From Phaeosaccion multiseriatum (lineage: Eukaryota; Protista; Ochrophyta, other classes), in the NCBI GenBank assembly GCA_965112735.1, contig OZ218955.1, positions 186,001 to 250,000 of the forward strand: DNA of 64,000 bases, in the 5' to 3' direction. Shown one piece after another: positions 23,501 through 34,300 of the stretch. The notes under the pieces are model-generated. The model was not told where the DNA came from. It ran no database searches and saw only the letters and a program-made list of their open reading frames with translations. A program made the position numbers and the translations under genes. How positions within the stretch are numbered: the stretch's first letter is position 1; each line of letters begins with the position of its first letter.

Positions 23501-25239
23501 TGTTGCGGAGGCAGAGGTGGCGACAGACGCCGGGGTGGGCGGGCCAGAAGGCAAAAATGGGAGGGAGAGAGGGGAGGGGGAGAGGGGGAGAGGGAGAGAG
23601 GGAGAGAGAGAATGAGAGAGAGACGGGGTGAAATGATTAACGGTGATACATACACGGGAAACACTATACCTTTCCTCAGATAGAACAAGTACGCCGCCTT
23701 CACCAAAACCCACCTGCATGCAGCCTGCCTGGTAGTTGACCTCGGCCTTCCTATCCACCAATCCGTTGACATCCAGCACCATCTGCGCACAGACGTCCAT
23801 AGGGTTTTGGCTGATGGATGGATCTGGCGGCGAGTCGAACACCCAGGTTTGGTAGTCGAAGTCCGTCTCGAACTGATAGTCGAGCTGTTCGAATATAATA
23901 CACAGAGGAGAGAGAGAGAGGTGGGTCAGCAGGGGCCCGCCACAGAGCGCGAGAGAGGGTACATGGCTGATTGTGCTCTTCGCCTCCCCTTGCTCCCGTC
24001 GATGTTTCCAGCTTTCAGGGAGAGCAACAGCGCGTGGCTCCTTCTGTGAGCGCCCCTCTTCAGGTATGCATAAGGCTGCCACCCCTCTATAGACGACTGC
24101 GTGAAGGGGGGGGAGTTGACTGTCTTGTGAGCACGCTCCTCCTCGCATCCACCCCACCTCACTCACCCATGGCAAAGTGGCGAACACGCCCCCCATAAGG
24201 AGGGAGGAGCCCATCACGATGAGCGTGTACGGGGCTTCACCTTCGACAGAGTCTGGCAAGGTGTGAGAGAGAAGATGGGGGAGGGGTGGGAGAGTGAGTT
24301 GGAGAGAGCAAGAGAGAGATGGGGAGAGGAAGAGCATGAGACAGAGTGCCCTGAGGGGGGGAGGCATCGACGGAGGGGGACAGGCAGAGAGCCTGCGGAG
24401 GGAGGGCATAACGTGCACACGCAGGGCCCTTTACCCTTCAAAAGAATGTGTCTATAGCCTCCTGCAGGAGGACCAGAGGTGTCACTCACGTTTCTCCGCC
24501 ATGCACTGAACGACCTCCGTCTGTGTGTAGTAGTGAAAGTGGCACGTGTGCTCGCCTGACAGACAACAAAAGGTAAGACAGAGTTAAGGCTACGCCCATG
24601 ACTTGTGCGAGAGAGGGAGGAGAGCTCACCCTCGAGCTCGAAGGTGTTGCAGAGGCTGTTTCCGTTGATGTCGGTGTCGCATCGGTAGAGGCCCACGTCG
24701 TCGGTGTTGGAACACCTCGGGGTACAGCCCCCCCTGATGTTGGGCTCGGGGATGACGGACACGACTTCAATCCCATTCACTGAGGGGGGGTACAACATGG
24801 AGGGGAGCAGGAGGGTGGGCAAGCAGGGGGCCAGAAAGGGACCAGTCCAGGTCAAGTGTGAAGAGTTCTCACGCAGGCAGGGCACAGGGGCATGGAGGAG
24901 AGGAGACGGGCGGGGCCTCTTGCTTGGGCGCTGCTGCTGCTGCTGCTGCCGCCGCTTTTCTTTCTGAGACTCCAGCTCGAGGCTCGTACGAAAGCGAAGC
25001 CCCTATTCATCAGGCAGTGCTGGGAGGCAGAGAGCCTGTGCTGAGCCGAATCTCCTCTTGAGCCCAGCCACAGGGGACTAGACTTCATCCCAGTAGACGT
25101 CACCAGCCTTATCTTTCCTTCTCCCTCCCAAGTGTGCCCACTCCCTCTCCTCATGTCGCTCACCGTGGAGGTTCTTGGCAAGCAGCATCATCCCAAAGAG
25201 AGCGGCCTGTACGCTTGAAGGGGCCATGGTGTTCACCAT
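20557..25239 (-). CDS. Secreted multi-exon protein: SGNH/PC-esterase-like domain + two CBM4/9-like carbohydrate-binding modules with Pro/Thr linkers
   Basis: Signal-like MVNTMAPSSVQAALFGMMLLA. LIVMGSSLL (G-x-S block I) and LDGHPSAMVNHAIFQRL (D-x-H). Two domains of type VNPGVEGSLAPW..WQMQIYQ..GETFTVSF and VNTYFDEGLSGW..QLYQ..GSTYTLSF. Exon boundaries partly approximate. Confidence 0.65.
22101..22456. repeat. (GACT)n intronic microsatellite, ~89 units
   Basis: Directly visible. It begins right after the minus-strand donor GTGAGT. Confidence 0.95.
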
Positions 25240-26319
25240 CTTCCCTGCTCCCTCACTCTCTCTCTCCTCTCTATCTACCTTCTCCCTGTGCACCTACACA
25301 GCTAGAGGGAGCAGATCAATAGCAGGAGCAGTCCCTGTCAGCACAGCCAGCTACTGAAATGGAGAACACCGCTTCGGAGCCCCTGGCATCAAAACCCAAA
25401 ACCCGAAGGTCTGTTACTTTTGGTTGAGGGAATTTTTGGAATCGTCACAGGAGGGGTTTTGGAGGGAAAAAAGGGAAATCGGCCGACACGTACCCACTCC
25501 CTCCCTCCTCTCCCCCTTGCCTCTCCCCACCCTGTTGCTCCACATCGGCTCCAGGTGAGGTTTCAATAAAACAAATAGCGAGCCCCCCCCCCCCATATGA
25601 GAAGCCTGAAGCCAGACCGTTTGGCCTGCGGCCAGAAGCCCGAAGCCAGGAGGGCCCCCCTAAAATTGAACAGGAGAGAGAGGGGGCACTGAAGAGTAGA
25701 TATACTTGGTCCAATGGCAAGAAAGAAGGCTGAATTATTGATGTTGTTATTTCCAAAATGGAGACTCACACGCCTTCACGTGTGAAGTATCGATAGTAAG
25801 AGTCGCCCCTCTAGAGAGGGGGTGCGGAGGGTGTGCTCAACTAGAGAAAGCTGCTATAATGCTCTGAGCCGCGTCAGATGTATGCTGTCTATGGCAGTGC
25901 TTCCAAGTTGCCTCCCTGCCTTATACTCCCCTACTCTCAACTCCTGCCAGAAGCGAGCCGAGCCCCCTGTTGGCCTTGACATAAGCAAGCCGAGCCCCCT
26001 GTTGGCCTTGACGGACGCCGTCACAGTCTCGCGTGGAGAAAGCTTAGTTTGGGACACCCGTTCGGCCGCGGGAGCGTGCCCCACCTTCTAAGCTTTCGAA
26101 TCCAATCAGGGTTCAAGTGTGGACTCGATCAAACCACCAAACCCCAGAGAGACCCTTCCAGCGTGCCCATCTCCCCCTGCTGAGCTCCTTTCCTTCCTCA
26201 GGCCAGACGCGTCTTCAATGCCACGGGCATCTCTCCTTGCCGCACCTGGGGCAGAGCCTTCCTTCACAGCCCCCCCAGCCACTGGGGAACGCTTACTCCG
26301 TGCCTCTCTCTCCCTCGTC

Positions 26320-26640
26320 ACGGCAGCCATACACCCCGGTCCCTTGCATCGCAGACCCAGCCCATGAGAAGAGGCTCGCTTTGAGCCAAGGGAGTTGACG
26401 TGTTTGCTGCAAATCCTTAGTAGCATCGTATCTCCGATCAATCTGCTATGGAGACTGTGTACACGAGACAGCCCCCTGGATACGCGCAACACGGCACTAA
26501 GATGGCAAGCTCTCGACGACCCTATACGGCCTCGCCCAGAGCTGACATGCTCGGAACTGGTTAGTGCCGTAGAGGGTCTTCGAGAGCTTGGCCACCTTTT
26601 GTGCCGTCTTGCACATATCCAGGGGGGTCTCTCCCATCAG
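26320..26640. mobile_element. Ty1/Copia reverse-transcriptase relics, two fragments in inverted orientation
   Basis: + strand ETVYTRQPPGYAQHGTKMA/KLSTTLYGLAQS (frameshifted); - strand KVAKLSKTLYGTNQ. Both resemble the Copia RVT_2 motif VYMxQPxG...KLxKSLYGLKQ. Confidence 0.65.
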
Positions 26641-26818
26641 GGTGGGCTGTGTCTTCGTTCGAAACCGAAGGGAGTATAGCATCTAGCAGAGTGCATCAGA
26701 TGGAGTGTCCCTCACCAATGAGAGGGGGGGAAGGCGCCATCAGCACCGACGGCCCTCGGATGTCCACAAATCTTGGCACTCTGTCCCAACCACATGATCC
26801 TCTCGCCGTCCCATCCCT

Positions 26819-27073
26819 TTACTTCTTGGGTGTCTTGGCCTTGGGGGGGGGCAGCGACTCATACGCAAGTTGCAGTTGGGAGAGAGTGTCATCCGCCACC
26901 AGCGCTCGGTGTTGCTCCTCCTGCAAGGCGGCGTCCGTCGCGTCTACGCTCTCTTCCCCCCCTGCGCCCTCCCCGCTCGGCCTGTGCTCCTTTAAGAAGG
27001 CCCGCAGCCTCTTGGCAGCCACTTCGACCCCCACGCTCTTTCGCTCTGCAACAGTCACGCCAGGTGGGAGCAT
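26819..27073 (-). CDS. Small 84-aa protein, possibly RNA polymerase I subunit A14-like
   Basis: Intact ORF with ATG after an A-run. EVAAKRLRAFLKEH...DTLSQLQLAYESLPP resembles the two-helix Rpa14/Ker1 pattern ending SQLKRIQRDxxGLPP. Confidence 0.45.
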   Translation of the reverse strand: MLPPGVTVAERKSVGVEVAAKRLRAFLKEHRPSGEGAGGEESVDATDAALQEEQHRALVADDTLSQLQLAYESLPPPKAKTPKK

Positions 27074-27454
27074 TTTTTTTTTTTAAGACCGCCACACAAA
27101 GCAGACATCTGTGAGTCGTTGGCGGATAGCCATCAGCCAGCCATCCAAAGCTGAAACTGAAACTGGTTGGCGCGTTCCTGCACGATTGCATTTTGTATTT
27201 TAATAAAAAAAAACAAGGGAGGAGCTCACCAGGGAGCTCCATAGAGTCCTTTCCTCCGAGAGGCTTGACGATGTCAGCTCAAGCAGTAGCTAGCGGAAGC
27301 AGCGGCGGCAGCAGCCTCAATTGTTGAGAGGTTTCTTTTTCTCTTCCTTTCCATTTCAGATTGACAAAGCTATAGGAGCGGTATCGGTCTACTCCTTACA
27401 GACTCGTGTGCTTCGTCTTCGTTTCTCCTTCGGCGCGTGCTATTTATTAGAGTG

Positions 27455-30401
27455 ATGGCGGACGTACGCGAGGCTTCGCAGCGTGCGGTGCTCTCCGCCC
27501 TCTTCCTCGCCACAGGCGGCCGGAACTCCTGGCACCGCAAGAGCGGATGGAATACCGAAGCACCTTTACGTCTCTGGCATGGAGTGAGCGTGGAGAATGG
27601 CTGTGTGGTGAAGCTCGACCTGGGTAGTAATGAGCTCTTAGGTAAGACGGAATGCAGGGGATCCACCTGCTGGAGCTGTAGTGTGAGGAGGAGCGGGGGG
27701 GCTGCTGGGTGAAGCAAAGTATCTATGAATGTCTGGAAAAAGCCATTGCGGTTCTCCGAAACATGACCACTGGACTGGCAGAGGCTTCACATGATACAAG
27801 GCAATGGAGGGATCGGAGGAATGTGTTGTGTCGATGATGGCTTGGGAAGCCTGCGAAGATGGTCGCTATATGTCTTTTAGCAGCAGTCCTGTTGGCCTGG
27901 GGATGGGGTGGTGCAGGCGGGAGCTGGCGTAGCTTTTGGTGATGGCAACGATCATGAAGTGGAGTGGCACGCAAGGAGTAAAAGAGCTGTCCCCTCTCAT
28001 CCACAGGGACCATCCCGCCGGAGCTTGGTCAACTCTCCACCCTTACTGTCCTGGGCCTCGAGAACAACAGGCTCTCTGGTAAGAAGTGGATAATAGCGGC
28101 CACTAGTTTGCTCAGTGTAACCAACAAAGCCCTTTGCTCTACTCTACAGGGAGCATTCCACCGGAGATTGGCCAGCTCACCAATCTGACACGCCTGGAGC
28201 TCTACAGCAACCAGCTCTCTGGTAAGCAAGTCGCGGTAGCGATCCCCGCGCACCCCCTTTCCTTGATATTGATGTGACCAAAGGACCTTCCCCTCTCCCG
28301 CAGGGACCATTCCACCGGAGCTTGGTCAGCTCTCCAGTCTGATACGCCTGGATCTCCGCTTCAACCAACTGTCTGGTAAGCGGAAGCAACTCTCTCTCGC
28401 GCCCTCTTCACGTCAAAATCGCGTGACGAAAGAACTTTCCTCTCATTCGCAGGAACGATTCCGCCGGAGCTTGGCCAACTGTCCAATCTGAGGACCCTGT
28501 ATCTCCGTGGCTACCAGCTCTCTGGTACGCAAGTGATAGCAACGCTCTGCGCCAGCCTGGCTTGGTCCCTGACACACATCTAGTCACTCAGACAGACCAC
28601 TCCCCTTGGTCCTTTTATTGCCACCCACCATCGGGCATGCTCTGATTTGCTGACTTACTTGAGGACTGCTCTGCCTCCTCTCCCACACCACACGTGCACA
28701 CGTTGTTCAGAGGAGCCATCAATAGAGGAGTTGCGTGCGAGGTGGCAGCAAGCGCTCATCGTCACGGAGGTAAGGATCCAAGGGCGAGGGAGCGATCGAA
28801 GCGCAGGCAAGCCATGCCATCATGTGCATGTTTGGTGTTCGTTGGAGGGACAGGAGGTGCATATGACGTACGTGGGAGTAAGTCAATGGCTTGGCGAGAG
28901 GCATCTGCTTCACTTCACTCATTGAGCGAAAGGGCAGACCTGAGCATCAACCGGTCCCTCCTTCGCCGCCCCTCCTGCCCCGCCCCTTCATCTTCTCTGA
29001 AAGAGGACTGCACAGGCTGATGGGGGTGGTGCTCGGCGTGCCCCGTACGAAGGCGCCAGAGACTTTGGAGTCGGAGCTTTGGGGTCCATGCTGCAGGAGA
29101 GAGATGGCGAGGTGGCAGCGCTGAGAGCAAGACTGCTGGAGAGCGACACCAAAGTCGCCGAGCTAGAGGAGCAGCTTCGCCTTACTGTAGAGCAACTACC
29201 CAACCACACCACGCAGCAAGACGGGAAGGACTTCCGCCTCTTCTCCACTTCACAGATGGCGGAGGCGTGCCGTGACTTTGCGGATGCCGGCGTGCTGCTG
29301 GGCAGGGGGGGCTTCGGGGCAGTGTATCGAGGAAATGGCGCCGCCTTAGGGCTGGGGAGCGCGCAGGAGGTGGCTGTGAAGATGCTCGACGCGGACAGTC
29401 TGGAGACTGTAGTGACCAACTTCCGGAAGGAGGTGAGGGTGCTAACGATGTGTCAGCACGAGAACCTCGTGCCGCTACTGGGCGTCTGCTTGGACCCGAG
29501 CAGCTTGGTGTACCCACTCATGAGGGGAGGCAGCTTGGACGCGTATCTGCCCGTCCGCGCAACGCTGCAGGGAGGCTCGGAGCGAGTGCCGCTGTCTGCT
29601 CCGAGACGGTTGGGAATAGTGGTCGGCGTTGCCAGAGCTCTGATGTACCTGCACAGCGAGATGGGCGAGAAGCCCGTAATCATCCACCGAGATGTGAAGC
29701 CTCACAACATCCTCTTGGAGGAGGTGAGTGAAGGGGATGGTGGAGGCATCTCTGCCTCGCTGGGAGTGCGTCTGGGGGACGTGGGAATAGCTCAGGTGTC
29801 GTCCGGTATGACGGCAACGACAGGAACAACGATAGGAACGGGCCTTGCAGGAACGTTCTTGTACATGGACCGGGACTACATAGATGGTGGTGATCCAAAG
29901 TGTGAGCACGATGTGTACTCCCTGGGTGTGGTGATGCTGGAGCTTGTCATGGGCAAACTTGTGCTTGCTCAACATCTGCAGCACGGTGCGAGGCAGCGGC
30001 TGATATCCGACGACGAAGCCACAGGGGTGAAAGGGATGGCGGATTCAGTCATCTCTTGGACTGGAGAGGCCCCTCCACTGCTTCAGGCGCTCGCAATTAT
30101 GGCGTATCGCTGTACACAGCAAGACCCCGAGGCCAGGCCCTCTCTCAATGAGATTGTTCAGACCCTGGCCGCCGCGTTGGGGAGAGAGCGGAGACGGTCG
30201 GCCGAGCGAGTGGAGCCTGTGCGCGACCGGCGGTGTATCATATGCATGGATGCAGCCCCCCACACACGATTCTTGCCCTGCCTCCATTCCTGCACCTGCC
30301 ACACTTGTGGGACGAGGCTACAGAGCGAGGGGCGACGCTGTCCGCTTTGCAATACGAACATCCACTGTGTGGAGGAAGGGCACTTCGACTCCACGTTTTA
30401 A
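27455..30401 (+). CDS. LRR - coiled coil - IRAK/Pelle-type kinase - RING-HC protein (exons 27455..27641, 28007..28078, 28150..28221, 28304..28375, 28453..28524, 28711..28769, ~29004..30401)
   Basis: LRR N-cap ALFLATGG..W..KSGW..WHGVSV..VVKLDL and four GxIPPELGQL repeats. Kinase motifs LGRGGFGAVYRG, VAVK, HENLVPLLG, HRDVKPHNILL and DVYSLGVV. RING CIIC..PCLH..CHTC..CPLC. All splice junctions are GT-AG and in frame. Confidence 0.9.
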
Positions 30402-31351
30402 GGCTTGGCTGCTTGGCTGGGGTAGGGGAGTATGGGTGCTGAGCCAAAGATGATGGGAGGGAAAGAGCAAGGGGGGGTGCAACGCTGCTGGTGGGCGTCC
30501 CTCGTGCTTCTCACAGCACTGTGCAGACGTCTTACGTGACATCATCATATAAGAGTACGAACCATCCTTGGCCTCACCCCCCCCTCTCCAATTGGCACCC
30601 AAATTGGCTGATAAGCAATACGTATCCAGCAGTCACATTGGCTGGTAAGCAATGAGTACCCAGCTCTCACCGGCGAATTGAAATGGGCAGGCGCGTCGAT
30701 GTCAGCCTCCCAGAGCATCATCGTGTTTGTGTATGTGTGTGTGTGTGTGCGTGAAGGAGGAGAGTTTTGAGTTTAAATTTGGATTTCTAGGGGCCTGAAA
30801 GTGAAACGCCGAAACGCCAGGTGGGGGGACAACCAAAAACCAACTTTAAGAAGAAGAAGGGGCGAGAGGGATAACGGATGCATCAGTAGCACCACAATAG
30901 CAGCAGTAGCAGTAGCCAGTCGCAGCAGCAGTGGCAGCAGGGAGAAGGAGCAACACCACAGCACCACGCGAAAGGACCTCCAACTACCAAACAAGAAAGG
31001 CCGGGCAAAGTTCTTCTCTAGGCTAAAGAGTTACTAGTGTATCATATAACCTGGAGGGAGTGAGGGCCGAGGAAGCGCAGAGCACTAGCAGTAGCGGGAT
31101 GCAAGGACGGAAAGTGCCAGCCTGAACACGTGACAGGAGCGGCAGCAGCAGCAGCAGACTGGCACATACAGTCAGCATGGAGACTGAGCGAAGGGAGAGA
31201 GGGCGAGAGCTTGCGACCTCACGCACCACAGCTCGGACGGGGAGAGAGGGCGGGGCGGGTGGAGCCCACGCCATCCACCATAAGCAAGCCCTCAAGCCCA
31301 AGTTCTTTTCCAAAAATCACTTCAGCTCTCCCTTTCAAGACGAGGACGACG

Positions 31352-34300
31352 ATGGTACGCGAGACTTGGGTGGGGAGAACGAAGATAGGAGGGCGGGAAG
31401 GAAGGGATACGACCGAAGACGGATTCACGTACCACCCAATCCCCAAAGCCCGTGGGGCACTGCCTGACTGCCCGGCAGCCGCTATCTCGGCAACAAGTCC
31501 TATCCTTCCGTTCTTCCAGCGAGTTCACTCCCCCCTTTCCCCCTCCCCTCACTTTCCAACAACTCCTTGCAGCGGCAACCCTCAAGAAGCAGACCCGCCT
31601 CGTGATCAAGATCATCGAAGGCAAGGACCTGCTTGTCTCTGACCTCCTCACCGGCACCAGCGACCCGGTGGCCTTCGTCTCGGTCGGGCCCGCTGCCGCC
31701 GCCTCAACGCCTCTGGCATACTCCCCTACTCGGCTCGGTAAGCACAGCTAAAGAGCAGCAGCAGCAATAACACAAACATGAAGAAGGAGCAGGAGAAGAG
31801 GAGAAGGAAATGCTTGACATAAAGCCATAACTGACGGCACTGAGCCAGGCCCCAACCCCGTCTCAAGCCTTTCCTCGCCCTCGCGCCACCTGTTTGCAAG
31901 TCCTGTTGCTGCATTAGACCGTCCGTGATGTTCTCTCTATGCGGGGGTGCCGTGCGCTCTCTTCCACACCCTCCTTACGTCTCGGTGCTCCCCCTCTTCC
32001 TCACATACACTCACCCTCCTCTCCTTCTTCTTCTCCTCCACCTCTATCTCTTGGACTCTCCCCTTCTCATCCCCCACACACCCCGCCCCTCTCACATCTC
32101 TCTCCCTCTCTCTTTCCCTCTCTCTCACTCTCTCTCACACACACACTCTCTCTCTTTCTCCCTCTCCCTCTCCCTCTCTCTCTCACTAACTCTCTCTTTC
32201 TTTATCTGCCTCTCTATCTCCCTCTCTGCCCCCCCCATCTCCCTTTCCCCCCTTCAGATGCCTCTGCCGCTGCTGCGGTGCAGGGCGTCCAAAGCACCTC
32301 GACTTGTAAAGGCACAGTGGACCCCATCTGGGACCAGGAGCTCACCTTTCCCTTACTCGTCAACACCATAGAGGATATTCTAGAAGGTGGGTGGGTGAGT
32401 TGGCTCAACAGAGACAAGAGAGAGAGAGGGAGAGCTACGGAGGGGGAGAGAGAGAGATCAGAGGGAGAGGGAGAGGGAGACGAAACACAGACAGAGACCG
32501 AGACACAGACAGAGGCAGAGAAGGAGAGACACATACACAGACACCTCCCCTCAGTCCGCCAGAGCCCCCCTCCTCTTAGTCCGCCTTTATCAGCCCACCC
32601 CTCCCCTCAGTGCAGCTTCATCAGCCCTCCCCTTCTCTCAGTCCACCCCCCCTACCCTCCCTCCTGTATTCTTTCCTTGTGACCTCCTCCTCCAGCCCAA
32701 CCCCAAACAAAGCCTTCTGACCTCCTCCTCCCACCCCGAAACAAATACATCAACAGGCGCGGTGGTGATAACCCTCAAAGACGAGGATGACGAGGAAGGC
32801 CCCACAGGCGCCATTCACTACGACGACCTAGGGCAGGTGGTGATACCCCTCGAAGAGGTACTCACACTTGGCAAGGTACTGCCGAATGCCCAATCCGTGC
32901 ACCTCAGCGCCCAATGGTACGTCGTCAAGAGGACACGCGGGATGAAGAAGGTGTCTGGGCAGCTCAAGGTGTCTCTTCTTCTCTTGCTGGGGGACGATAA
33001 CGACCTCCTAGGGGGGGGCGTAACGGGGGCTGCAGGGGAGGAAGCGGACGGAGGAGCAGAGGGAGCGGGGACAGGGGGGTGGAGGGGCTGGGGAAGTGCC
33101 GGGCGAGGAAGAGGGGAGGAGGAGGGCATGTCGCCGGACGCTCGAGGTCAGGGTCCTGGGCAGTACCACTTGTCGGGGGGCAGCGGCGGTGGGCAGATGG
33201 CAGCGGATGGCAGCGGCTGGGGGAGGAGTCTCAAAGCTTGGCAGGAGGAGTATCGGCGCTGTCGGAGGGGACGGAGTACAAGTCCTGTGTCAGGGCGAGA
33301 AAGGCAAGGAGGGGGAGGAGGAGGAGGAGGAGGAGGAGGAGGAGGAGGAGGAGGAGGAGGGGGAAGGGGAAGGGGGAGGGGAAGGGGGGGTGGTGGGCCC
33401 TCAGGCGGGGGGGAGGGGGGGGAGGGGAAGACAGCAACGCGGCCCCGCTCAGCTCCGCCTGTGACCCCCCGAGCCGCCTCCAGCGACCCTTGGGGGGGGC
33501 GAGGGCAGCAGGAGCAGTTGGTGATACAACAGCAGCAGCGGCGGCAGCGACATGGCCTTGGCGACGGGTCCACAAGTAGAGGGGGAGGAGGAGGAGGAGG
33601 AGGAGGAGGAGGAGGAGGAGGAGGAGGAGGCACCGGAAGCAGCAGAAGCAGCACCAACACAGGGTTCAAGCTCAAGCCCTTGACGGCGCCGTTCCGTGTG
33701 CCTGGCAACGCACACTCAGGCATCCCGGAGTACCACTCGCCTACCCACCACACGGAGGAGATGGCACCGGACGGTAGGGGACGAGCGAGGGGGCGGGGGA
33801 AAGGGGGGGACGGCGGAGTTAGAGCTGGCGACGAGGGCCTGGAGGTGGATGTAGAACTGCCCCTGCTGCTGCCGCTGGTGACCTCGCCCACCCGTCCGGC
33901 TGAGGCTGAGGCAGAGTCGGCGTCGCTCCCCCCCGCGCAGTCGCTGCTGCCCTCGCCCTCTCTCTCTCTCTCTCCCTCCAAGGGAAGGAGTAAAAATGCA
34001 GTAGCGGCGGCGGCAGCGGCGGCAGCAGCGCATGAGAAGCTCGCCAGGATGGCAAAGAGGGCCGCTCGGGCTGATGGCAGTACGCGGGCACAGGTGGAGG
34101 AGGCAACCTCGCGGGGAGGACAGCGCACCACCGCAGCAGCAGCGGCAGCGGATCAGCGGTTTCGCTTGAGGCTGCTGGAGGCGTTCGAGCGATTGGCGCA
34201 CAAGGGCACTTCGATTCGAGCGGCAGGGGAACTTCGTGAGCTTATGAGGGAGGCGGACAAGGGGCAGCTTGGGCTCTTTGTGCAGACTGCACGGACTATG

